In this document: positions 51,608 to 63,450 of the stretch, in pieces
Layout: every line of letters starts with the position of its first letter
Position numbering within the stretch: the first letter of the stretch is position 1
DNA from: Octopus sinensis
Lineage: Eukaryota
NCBI RefSeq assembly: GCF_006345805.1
Contig: NC_043007.1
Span: forward strand, 63,178,001 to 63,242,000
Direction of reading: 5' to 3'
DNA length: 64,000 bases
Made by a program: the position numbers and the translations under genes
The notes under the pieces: model-generated
Told to the model about the DNA's origin: nothing
Databases searched by the model: none
The model's input: the letters and a program-made list of their open reading frames with translations, nothing else

Positions 51608-52890
51608 AAAATGTAAGTTGCATCGGTAACATAATTTTTTGTTACTAAATGTTTTCTTGTACACAAACACATAAGACTCGGTAGTGGAAAGATTTTGAAT
51701 TAGGGGTGTGGGGTGAAATATTTAAAAACAACATTTTTATTAATGGATAATCATATTAATTCCATTGTGAAATCTAAGAATTTTTTAAAAATCAAAAAAC
51801 AGTGGAAAGTTTGGGAATTAAGGGAGTAGGGGGAATATAAACATTTTTCTTTTTTTATTGGATAATCATATTAATTCCATTATGCAGAAGACAGAATCAA
51901 GAAAAAAAATTGTGAAAATTCTTAAAAGTTAATTTCCCTTCCAAAGAGAGAATGGCATCATCTTTCTTTCACTTTTTCATTAGAATGTATCGAGACACTA
52001 TGTTGTCACAGAACTATTAAAACCTTACTATATATAAGATTCATTGACCACCCTGCTTGTAGCATATTTGGTCAGCTTAGTTCATTGCACATGAAAAACT
52101 GTGAAAAAAAAATTCCCATTGAATTTTGAGGGAGTTGAAATTTAAAAGAATTCCACCCCACCCCCATTTTCCAGACAAAAAAATATTTTGTGGCATATTA
52201 GGAGGTCACTGTAATTCATTCAACAAAAACAAAATGCCTTTTTCACTGATTCTGGGAAGGGGAGAGGGATTTCTGAGTACTCCCACCCCACTATTTTCTG
52301 AACAAAAATAAGGGGCTTGTGGCATATTAGAAGTCAGATTACTTCATTCCACATGAAAAATCTGAGGTGTTTTTGCCTTAGTGAACCACATGCAGGTGCA
52401 TTTTAAAAATTTACTGCAATTTAGCATTGCTAGGAGGATGAAGGACAATATTTACTATCTTATAGTTCATTATTCTGAACATCAGCTTGAGGAGTGAATT
52501 TACCCTAACTTCTTTGTTGTTGGTGACACACCATTTCTTTGTACAGCTCAGTATAGAAACTGAGCTCATTGTAAACTCCTCTTGTAATTTTTATGTTACA
52601 TTCATAATTAGGATCATTGCAAAAACTTGCAGACCTTCTTCTATAAGAGCCAACCCTTTAGTGATAATTTTTATAACCAATTGAAATGGTGTAAATAGAA
52701 CTTCCATTGTCTTATTTGTATTTTCAGCTTGTTATTTTCCCAGTATCAGTTCCTGGTTAGATAAACTTCAGTGATAAACTTTAGATAAACTTTAGTTATA
52801 ATTTTTATAACCAATTGAAGTGGTGTAAATAGAACTTCCATTGTCTTATTTGTATTTTCAGCTTGTTATTTTCCCAGTATCAGTTCCTGG

Positions 52891-53352
52891 TTAGATAAAC
52901 TTCCTGTCTGGGAACTCAGTCACATCCTTCTCTATGACTTCTTCAAATCTTACAACCTTTGCAAGTATCACAATATTTTTCCATATTTGATGTAGACTGT
53001 CTGCTTGAGGAAAACTTGTAATGCCATGGATATAATCTGACCATTTACTTTTCCAAGCTCTATTCAATGTTGAAGGTTTCACTTCATCCCATGACTCAGC
53101 TATATTATCCACAGCATCAATATTGTTGAATTTCTTCCAAAAATCTCTAACTGTAGGTTTATCCTCCTCGCTGATTGCTTTCATAAGTTGTTCAAAAGTT
53201 CTCATATATGCCTTGAAGTTAGCTGTTATAACTTGATCCATTGACTGGATCAAGGAAGTTGTATTTTGGGAAATATATTCTACTATCACATTATCAGAAA
53301 GGTCACCTAGGTTTACTAGGTGGCTCAATGCATTATCTAAAAGAAGGTACAC
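52891..53352 (-). mobile_element. pogo/Tigger (DDE_1) transposase fragment
   Basis: LLLDNALSH...NTTSLIQSMDQ.VITANFKAY...ESWDEVKPSTLNRAWK. Confidence 0.85.
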
Positions 53353-53674
53353 CAGGTTTTATACACAATTTGCCTGTCACACTTCTGACTTAAGACATAA
53401 ATACACACATGCAAACACTCATATTCACAAGCACCCACATTCATGCACAAGTTGGTGGGTTGATAATGGGGTGGGGATGATGTGATTTGCATTGGTTTAG
53501 ATGTTAGTGACAGTGGGCAGGTATTGTTGGTGTTGCAAAGGCTATATTGTTCTTGCTAATTGTATTGTTGTGGCTGTTTAGTCTTAAGTCAATCCTCATA
53601 GACTTAAGATGAAAGATATTTCATTCAACTTTTCAAATTCACTAGGATACCACATTATACTCTCTCTCTTTTCT

Positions 53675-54067
53675 CTCTTCTACTCTTTTACTTGTTTCAG
53701 TCATTTGACTGTGGCCATGCTGGAGCACCGCCTTTAGTCGAGCAAATCGACCCCAGGATTTATTCTTTGTAAGCCCAGTACTTATTCTATCGGTCTCTTT
53801 TGCCGAACCGCTAAGTGACGGGGACGTAAACACACCAGCATTGGTTGTCAAGCAGTGCTAGAGGGACAAACACAGACACACAAACATATACACACACATA
53901 CATATATACGACAGGCTTCTTTCAGTTTCCGTCTACCAAATCCACTCACTAGGCATTGGTCAGCCCGAGGCTATAGCAGAAGACATATGCCTAAGATGCC
54001 ACGTAGTGGGACTGAACCCGGAACCATGTGGTTGGTAGGCAAGCTACTTACCACACAGCCACTCCTA
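53675..54067 (-). mobile_element. Family B SINE, full length
   Basis: Reverse complement of 11664-12050; CpGs largely retained. Confidence 0.88.
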
Positions 54068-54184
54068 TATTTGAAACAGATTTCCTTAACTACTACATAC
54101 TATACATTACAGTTGTACTCATATAGATCATAAAAAACATATGCACACATACATACACCCACACAATCATATATATATATATAT

Positions 54185-56815
54185 ATATCAAAGAGATTTT
54201 GCCTGTTTGTTCATTTGTTTGTGTGTTTGTCCAGCAAAATGAAAATAAATGGTTCAAAGGAAGCTATTATGCATTTTCTATACATATAAAATCAAAATTT
54301 CGTCTCTTTCTTTCTCTGACAAAATGAAAGTATCTGGTTCAGGGGAAACTATTATGCTATTGCCTAATTTGTCTCAACTAAAATTATGCATTGGTACAAC
54401 ACTAATTGTGCTCAAACTTATGACGAACTGCATTGCGGCAAATATTCTCACTGGTTGTGGTGAAAGTGACACCATCTTCATTCCTTGCATTCTGGTTACA
54501 CCACCTAATTTCCCATTCCAATTTAAGCTGTTATAGTTTCCTATCCCACTTTCTTTTGCCATGAGCATTAATAAAAATCAGGTCCAAACACTAAATGTTG
54601 TGGTATTGCAACTTGAAGAATCATGCTTTTCACATGGCCAACTTTATGTAGGAGCTATATATAATGTGGCTTTGATTGAACTAGAAGATCAGGAACTGAC
54701 CATGTACATAAATGATAATCTTCCCAAGCTTCTACCAGATCAATGTCATGCATATTCCACTGTCATAGAAAGCATTAACAATAACATAGGGGGACTTTAT
54801 TTCTTAGTTGCTCCAGGAGGTACTAGGAAAACATTTGTAATTAAACTCCTTCCAGCTAAAGTTTATCAAGAAAATAAAATAGCTTTAGCTACTGCTACTT
54901 CTGGGATTGCAGCAACATTACTACCAAGAGGTTGAACTGCCCATTCAACATTCAAGTTGCCTTTAGATTTATCTAACAAAGAAGATCCAGTTTGTAATAT
55001 ATCTAAAAATTCTGTAATGGGTAAACTAATACTAAGATGTCACTTAACAGTCTGAGATGAATGTACCATGGCCCACAAAAAAGCTTTTGAAGCAGTGGAC
55101 AGAACATTACAAGACATTAGAAATTGCAATTCCATAATGAAAGATGTCACAGTATTATTGTCAGGAGACTTCAGACAAACACTACCAGTTGTTCAAGAGG
55201 AAAAAATGTGGATGAGCTCAATGCTTCAATAAAGTCTTCTTGTATTATGGCATCATGTGAAAACACTTCAACTTTCAGCAAATATGAGATCGAGGCTTTC
55301 AAGAGATCAATCAGCTGAACAACTTTTGAAACTTTGTGAAGGGAGAGTTCCAATTGATGAAGAACAGTTTTTTACACTCAATCCAATATGTAATTCAATA
55401 TGTAGTGTTTAAGAGCGTGGGCTACTAACCCCAAGATTCCGAGTTCGATTCCAGGCATTGATCTGAATAAAGATAATAATGATGATGATGATGATGATTA
55501 TAACATCGAAAAATACCTTTGGAATGAGAACCCAGGTTTGAAATTTCCCCAAGACACCTGATGAAGGCTAGAGGGTATATCAGCTGGAACATTGTGTTAA
55601 CAACAAACAAGATGTGTTAAATTATAAGACACAAAAAGATGAAGACAAATATCTGTCAAATGTAAATAATGTACATAATTCCTCATCTCTTAAATATAGA
55701 ACAGTATGATTCCATCGATGATGAAATCTTTCCTAATCCTCTTCATAAATGCAACAATACAGATTGGATCTATGAGCGAGCTATCCTGGCTCCAAAAAAT
55801 GTTGCTGTGCATAACATTAATAATATGTTATTGAATAAACTTCCAGGAGAAATATTTACTTATTACTCAATCGACAGTCTTGTTGATGATGAGGATATTG
55901 TTAACTACACAGTCGAATTTTTTAACTTACTACAACCACCAGGTACAGCTCCTCATTGTCTACAGCTGAAAAAAGGGACTTCTATTATGCTATTGCGTAA
56001 TTTGTCTCATCCAAAATTATGCAGTGGTGCAAGATTATGTGCACAAACTTATGACGAACTGCATTGAGGCAAATATTCTCACTGGTTGTGGTAAAGGTGA
56101 GACCATTTTCATTACTCGCATACCAGTTATACCATCCAATATCCCATTCCAATTTAAGTGGTTGGTTTCCTATTCCACTTTCTGTTGCTATGTGCATTAA
56201 TAAAAGTCAGGGCCAAACACTAAAAGTTGCTGGTTTGCAACTTGAAGAACCATGCTTTTCACATGGTCAACTTTATGTTGGAGCATCATGTGTGAGAGCA
56301 AAAGCAAATCTTTAGGCTTATGCACCCTGAAATATAACAAAAAACATTGTTTATAAAGAACTACTCACTCTTAATGCAACATGAATACTTCAATAACTTA
56401 ATTTGCCATTACTATTATAACATTCAAGAAGGAATAAATTACCTATTTAAATGAAGTGTATTACACAATTGTCATTACAGTATTCATAACTATAACACAA
56501 ACAACTCACTTATTACTGTCATATAATAAACAAACAGAAGTTCCTGTATGAAGTTGATCTTTACCTCAATTGTTATGAGATCAGGCTTTCAAGAGATCAA
56601 TCAGCTGAACTATTTGCAGAGCAGCTTTTGAACCTTGATGAAGGGAGAGTTCTAATTGATGAAGAACAGTTTCTTACACTTATTCCAATATGTAATTCAA
56701 CTGATCCCGTCGATGATTTGGTGGATGAAATATTTCAATATAATAATACTTTGAATGTGGCTCCCAAGAAGCAGTAAAAGTAATTACCCAATCAACGATG
56801 GGTATTACTGTTAGT
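54185..56815 (+). mobile_element. Internally deleted and rearranged Helitron carrying PIF1-like helicase fragments
   Basis: YFLVAPGGTRKTF (decayed Walker A), [51 protein letters not shown]...CFSHGQLYV. 3' hairpin taccca...tgggta then ttactgttagt (56785-56815). 5' end resembles Helitron starts (tcaaagagattttgcctgtttg). Confidence 0.88.
55403..55702 (+). mobile_element. tRNA-headed SINE (family E) with internal hammerhead-like motif, inserted in the Helitron helicase
   Basis: Head tagtgtttaagagcgtgggctactaaccccaagattccgagttcgattcc (partial A box, anticodon-like hairpin, B box); acac-ctgatga-aggcta...cagct-ggaac-att-gtgt at 55554-55597. Boundaries come from the uninterrupted paralogous Helitron segment at 56670-56730. 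Confidence 0.7.
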
Positions 56816-56825
56816 ATATATATAT

Positions 56826-56872
<47 letters not shown>

Positions 56873-56908
56873 GATATGATGATGATGATACATATATATA
56901 TATATATA

Positions 56909-58181
56909 CGAGGGGCATTCAATAAGTAATGCCCCTGACCCACTTCCCATAGCAGTAGAGCAACGAAACTTGGTACAGTTATTAGTCTTTTTCTACATAG
57001 GAACCACCCAGAGTTACGCATTTCTCCCATCGTTTGATGCAGCTCTGGAGACCGTTTTTTTAGAACCCAGCTTGGTCCTCCAACCTCAACGTGACTTCAG
57101 AAATCAAGGCTGCATCATCTGGGAAACGCTTTCCTTTCAAAAACAACTTCATGATTGGGAAGAGGTGAAAATCAGAGGGTGCAAGGTCAGGAAAGTAGGG
57201 GGGATGGGGAGGAGTTCATAGCCATATGCCTGTGCTTCTGATCTGGCGACAAGCGAGTTGTGGACCGGAGCGTTGTCCTGCAGGAGGAGGATGCCTTTGC
57301 TGATCTTGCCCCGCCTCTTGATTTTGATAACTTCTCTTAATTTCCTCAAAAGTGAAGCATAATAGGCTCCTGCAATTGTGGTACCTTTTGCCAGGAAATC
57401 TGTCATCACTACTCCGTCCTGGTCCCAGAAGACTGTGAGCATGACCTTGCCAGCGGAGGGCTGCACCCTTGCCTTCTTTGGAGGGGGTGAGTCACGGTGC
57501 TTCCACTGCATTGACTGGGTTTTGATCTCTGGATCATCGTGATAGACCCAGGTTTCATCCTGTGTAATCAGTATTTTGAAAAATTTTGACTCATCTTCTT
57601 GGCACATCTCCAAATTCACCCTCGAGCACTCGACGCGTTCTTGCTTCTGGAAAGGCGTGAGCAACCTGGGAATCCATCTGGCAGACACCTTTTGCATATG
57701 CAAATGGTCATGAATGATAGTTTCCACAGACCCGGTACTTATCTTGACCTCATGGGCTATTTGGCGAATAATTATGCGTCGATCTTCCAAAATGGCAGCC
57801 TCAACTTGACGGACAGATGCCTCATCAATGGCAGAAGGGGGCGACCAGATCTGGGAGCTGTTTCCACAGAGTTCCGACCATGTTTGAATTCACGATGCCA
57901 GCGTTTTACAAGGTCATATGATGGAGCATCATCACCATAAGTTACTTTCATTTCATCAAAAGTCTCCCGTGGTGTGCGTCCTTTCAAATACAAAAACCGG
58001 ATCACTGCTCGACACTCAACAGGCTCCATTTCACACTTGTCTCGGTTCAAAAACCACAATTAATTCAGAGCTGTAATTTGCCACTTACTCTATAGAGATA
58101 TAAATGATTGCACATGCAAAATTTCAGCTAGATCAAACAACTGCAAGTGGGTCAGAGGCATTACTTATTGAACGTCCCTCG
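56909..58181 (-). mobile_element. Full-length mariner (DD34D) DNA transposon with defective transposase
   Basis: 37-bp TIRs (cgaggggcattcaataagtaatgcccctgacccactt, 3 mismatches), TA flanks, 1273 bp. Transposase 58029->56982: WIPRLL, TQDETW, QDNAPVH...HPPYFPDLAPSD (34-aa spacing after frameshift repair), with frameshifts and a stop. Confidence 0.96.
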
Positions 58182-58199
58182 TATATGATGATGATGATG

Positions 58200-58360
58200 A
58201 TCATCATCATCGGTTAACGTCCGTTTTCCATGCTAGCATGGGTTGGACGGTTTGACCGGGGTCTGGGAAGCCAGGAGGCTGCATCAGGCTCCAGTCTGAT
58301 CTGGCAGTATTTCTGCAGCTGGATGCCCTTCCTAACGCCAACCACTCTGTGAATGTAGTT
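58200..58360 (-). mobile_element. Short 5'-truncated RTE 3' tail
   Basis: catcatcatcggttaacgtccgttttccatgctagcatgggttggacgg... Confidence 0.85.
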
Positions 58361-58451
58361 TAGGAGGTCCGTTGCAGTCTAGTCTGGATTTAACATTCTC
58401 TATCTTAGTCGTCCACGTTCACACATATATATATGTATGTATGAATATCTA

Positions 58452-58482
<31 letters not shown>

Positions 58483-58546
58483 GTATGTGTGTATGTATGT
58501 GTGTGTATGTATTTATGTATGTATATGTATTGATAAATATATATGC

Positions 58547-58584
<38 letters not shown>

Positions 58585-59119
58585 CAAAAATATATATACA
58601 TAAACATACATACTAGATACACATACATATACATGTACAAATACACACATACACGTATATAAATATATATATATATATAATTGAGATTAGGTACTTAAGT
58701 TGAAGCACCAAGCCAGTGCGGTATTATCTGTACAGCTCAAAGTAAGGTGAATAAAATCAAAATAAGCAACAGGATATCTTGACATTGTGTTGCTTATATT
58801 GATTATATATATATGTGTGTGTGTGTGTATATTTCTATTTCCTTGTCTAATTATATGTACAATATATTTTGTATAATGCCTTTACTGTTATGTAATGGTG
58901 TAATAAAGTATTGATTGGGTATCATCTGATGTTTGATTGATTTAAGTATGTTTCTCCATTTTCTCCATATATATATATATTTTCTCCATATATATATGTT
59001 TCTCCATATATATATATAAGCCTTGCTAATAGAGGATTCCCCAATAGAGAAATTCCTTATTTTTTCAGTTCTAACCAACTTATTGTGCAAGGGAAGCAAC
59101 TCTGCACAGCGTTTGTCAC

Positions 59120-59680
59120 AACAACAACAACAACAACAACAATAATAATAATAATAATGATCATGGCTCCTGATCTTAACTGATTGGAAGTGTTATCATG
59201 TACATTATTTTGTCTTGGTATAAAAGATGGGCTACAGCAAATATTCTGATCTATACCACAGATTTGTTTGTCAGTTGTTTGACCTTAACCAGTTGAGCAT
59301 GTCCCTTAGTGGCTGACGATATGTGCATCTCTGATCATGAGCAGAAGTAGTGGGGGTGCATCATAGCCGTGTGTTGAAAGGAATTCTTAGAGGGTGTTTT
59401 GTTCAACATCCTTAAACAATCCTTATTCAGGGACCTTTTGAGCGGGATGGGCTACTCAACCAGAAGAAAATTCTAACTGGGGCCCCACCTGAGAGGTCAT
59501 GTGCTGTTTATCTTGATATGAGATCACCATGTCGCGCACATATGGTTGTGATGCATGTGTCTGGTGTACCCTTATCAGACAGATAGTCATGATGGGTATA
59601 CTGGGCTTCGTATATTTTACCCCAGTGTCACTTTGATGGAATGCACTGCTCTCTCACTCAATAATAATAATAATTATAAT
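59120..59680 (+). mobile_element. Family C non-autonomous retroelement with (AAC)n/(AAT)n flanks
   Basis: Homologous to 3085-3640. Confidence 0.75.
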
Positions 59681-60582
59681 ACAAGGGAAAGAACTCTTTA
59701 ATAAACACCTAGTAAAAATAATTGTTTTAAAAAGTTATTTTGTGGCAACTCAGTTTCTGCCACCTTTTTAAATTTAAATTTTTTTAAATGTTTAATAAAA
59801 AATAACTAGTAATTAATCAATAATGTATTCACCCTTGTTGTTCAATAAGATTTTCAGTACCCCATTGGTAGAAATCACCCGATTTGGACTCGAAAAATTG
59901 ATCCAACGAACCTCTCAATTTACTAATGGTGATAAAATGTTGGTGAATTCACCATCCGACTAGAGTTACCCAGCTGTTCACATAGAGCTATGTCAATGAG
60001 TTGGCCACTCAGCCGCTTTTACTTTTTCTTACTTAACATGCTTGAATTATGTTCAACAAAAGTACTGGCTTTGAGCTGTAATGTAGCATTGTGTACGCAT
60101 TTTATTTACAAATAGTAGCTCTAACTCTTTCTACTCATTTTGTCATCAATAACTATGAACTACTTTAATAATAATATCTAGCATCTTGAATTACAAAAGA
60201 TTCCTAACAATTATGTTTGTTTTTTCATGAACATTGTTCCATTAAATCAAATATGTATACACATGTTAATATAAATGATGTGGGTTAATAAAATATGTGA
60301 AAAGTTAAAGAAATATTAGTGTGGCCATGTTTGTCTTCACATGCAGTCTACCTATTAGTGTGAACTACCAACAAAGAATTTATGATTGCAGCTACACTAA
60401 AATTTCAACAGATGTCCTTACTTTATTGCCTATGTACTTAAGTAAGTTAAGAAACTTTAGGGCTTTCTCAGTGCTAACAGCTTTAGTATGAGCAGAAAGA
60501 ATACTTTGATACCTGTAACAGAGGACTGCTTGACTCAGTAATTTTTAATAGCTCTAGCTATCGTCTTTCTACTTCTACTGCA

Positions 60583-60978
60583 GTGGAGGCGCAATGGCCC
60601 AGTGGTTAGGGCAGCGGACTCGCGGTCATAGGATCGCGGTTTCGATTCCCAGACCGGGCGTTGTGAGTGTTTATTGAGCGAAAATACCTAAAGCCCCACG
60701 AGGCTCCGGCAGGGGATGGTGGTGATCCCTGCTGTACTCTTTCACCACAACATTCTCTCACTCTTACTTCCTGTTTCTGTTGTACCTGTATTTCAAAGGG
60801 CCGGCCTTGTCACTCTCTGTGTCACGCTGAATATCCTCGAGAACTATGTTAAGGGTACACGTGTCTGTGGAGTGCTCAGCCACTTACACGTTAATTTCAC
60901 GAGCAGGCTGTTCCGTTGATTCGGATCAACCGGAACCCTCATCGTCGTAACCGACAGAGTGCTTCCCATCCCCCATCC
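60583..60978 (+). mobile_element. Young tRNA-derived SINE (family D) with 12-bp TSD
   Basis: A box tggcccagtgg, B box ggtttcgattccc; TSD acttctactgca at 60571-60582 and 60979-60990; CpG-rich. Confidence 0.9.
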
Positions 60979-61169
60979 ACTTCTACTGCAAATGTTTTTT
61001 CAAGCTTGGTTATAAACCTTTTGCGGTAGATCATTTTAAGATAGCAAGGAAAGTAGAACATAGAACAGGCAGGCCCCCAGGGCCAGTTGAAGGTACCAGC
61101 AATTTGACCAGTTTGCCAGAGCACCACATACTAGAGGGCTCCATGTCATGTGTTTGGGGAGCTTCCAAA

Positions 61170-61375
61170 TATTGGCACAAGGTCAGCAATTTGGGGGAAT
61201 ATTGGAATGTGTTGATTACATTGATCCCAGTGCTCAGCTGGTACTTATTTTAATGACCTTGAAAGGATGAAAGGCAAAGTTAACCTTGGTAGAATTTGAA
61301 CTTAGAATATAAAGACAGATGAAATGCTACTAAGCATTTTGCCCAGCATGCTCACAATCTGTCAGCTCACTGCTT
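61170..61375 (-). mobile_element. Family A (MESC/Meta-type) SINE
   Basis: ctggtacttattttaatgaccttgaaaggatgaaaggcaaagttaacc = reverse complement of the family A core. Confidence 0.8.
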
Positions 61376-61566
61376 TTAGGGATTTTCCAAATATTGATGG
61401 AAAAATATAAAACTAAAAAATACAATAGAATAAAAGCAATCTCTAAATATTACTTTATGCCTATTATACCTATAGAAGATCAACTGTACTATTAGGAATT
61501 TCTCTCACTCATCTATCTTCTCAAACTTTCTGACAAAAATGTGTTATTGACACTAATGTAATTATG

Positions 61567-61605
<39 letters not shown>

Positions 61606-62184
61606 GCGCTGTGTCTTTCTCTCACCTCTAATCATACTAATGAAAATATTTGAAGCTTAGGTTCTGTGCTTGAATTGTTCTCTTTAACTCATATATTGTT
61701 ATAAACATTTCATTCCTATATTTGCCGTTTTCCCTCCAAATGAAAATTTTTTTAAGCATTAAACTTATAAGGAAAACTAAAAACATAGCCATCACTTGCA
61801 AGAGAATATGACATGATAGCATGCACCTTACTAATTGTTTTATACATTATACTTATAAGGGTGCTGAAATTCAACTTGCCCTAAGCACCACTTGCCCTAA
61901 GGCCATCCTAGAGACGAAAGTTTAACTTTACCAAGGACATGATAGCTTCTCTATGGCTGGTTACATAATTACAATGTGTCCTGTACTCTCTGTAAACTGG
62001 TTGGTGTTAGGAAGAATATCGGGCCCCAAAAAATCATGCCAAAATGAAATGTATGTGCAAGATGTGATTTCTGACCCATTTGAGAGAACAGTAGTACTGA
62101 ATAAGAACTCTGGCTATATCAGCCCATCCAATGCATAGAGGAAATATGGAAAATGATAATAATAATGTGTTTGCATGTCGCTGT

Positions 62185-63450
62185 CATCATCATCATCATT
62201 TAACATCCATTTTCCATGCTGGTATGGATTGGACAGTTTTGACAGGCTGGCAAGCTGGAGGGTTGCAACAGGCTCCAGTTGTCTGTTTTGGTATGGTTTC
62301 TATGGCTGGATGCCCTTCCAAACACCAAGCACTTTACAGAATATAAAGGGTGCTCTATTACATTACACTGGCACAGGTGCTTTTCACATGGCACCAGCTC
62401 GCTTTATGTATAACAATTAAAAGAAAGAAGATATTGGTATTACACTTATTATCCAATTACACTTGTTTCAATAGTAGATAGGGTGGATGAATCATTTAAC
62501 ATTTAATATCATATGAAGTTGCATAGTTATTGTTTATATATGTTCCAGTATGTTATTTAATTATCCCACTTATTATTGAAACAATTGTAACTGGATAATA
62601 AATATCTTCATTCCTTTATTTGTTTTATGTTATACTCTATGACTGATGAACATTTCCTGGTTTTTCAGTTTGTGTGGAATACTTTGGATTAACTGGATTG
62701 TTTTCCCCTTCTAACACCTTGTTAATCTGGAGTTCACATGAGTGCTAAGTGAAGTAATCCCCTTGATATCATGAATCCCTTTTACAATACACACACACAT
62801 TATGAAGGCATCCATTTTCCATACTGGTATGGGTTGGATGGTTTGACAGGAGCTGGCAAACCAAAGAATTTCACCAAGCTACTTTAGCATGGTTTCTGTG
62901 GCCACATGTCCTTCCTAATGCCAACCATTTTACAGAGTGTAATAAGTGCTTTTTTTGTGGAACCAGCATCAGTGAGGTCACTAAGTAACTTGCAAGACTT
63001 CTTTATGCAGCTGTCCTCATCTATATACATCACATGCTCATACCAGTGCAGTCTTCCCTTGTGCACATTACATCTGATGCCTTTTATGCCCATTTGAGGA
63101 TATCTACTTACTGTGTATTCTTAGCGTTCATTGCACCTGAGCATATGCCACATATAAAGTCCACTTTTTCTGTTAACCTTCATATGATTCAATTGTACTG
63201 CTTATGTGTCCATAGTTTGTGTACACTGTATGAAATTTCTACCAACACCCTTTATACATATTGTGCAAGGCCATTTTCATGAAGGAATTAGTAGTTTTTC
63301 AGTTTTCTTGCTTCCTAGAACTTTAGTATTTGCTGAATTAACCCTGAAGCCTTTTGATTCCAGGCTTTGTTTCCACACCTGGAATTTCTTTTCTAATTCT
63401 ACAATACATTCAGCCAGGAGAACAAGATCATTAGCATAAAGTTCCCCCTT
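62185..63450 (-). mobile_element. Old RTE LINE pieces (3' tails at ~62185 and ~62810; RT fragment 62990-63450)
   Basis: catcatcatttaacatccattttccatgctgg tails; ORFs LYANDLVLLAE...KFQVWKQSLESKGFRVN and LHWYEHVM...EDSCIKK. Confidence 0.8.

Noticed and set aside
58186-58211. (GAT)n(CAT)n mini-palindrome beside the mariner TIR
   Set aside because: Explained by an RTE (ATG)n tail abutting an oppositely oriented GAT run; not an independent element.
60583-60660. tRNA gene-like sequence
   Set aside because: Continues into a SINE body flanked by a TSD, with no proper acceptor stem or T-run terminator; it is a SINE head.
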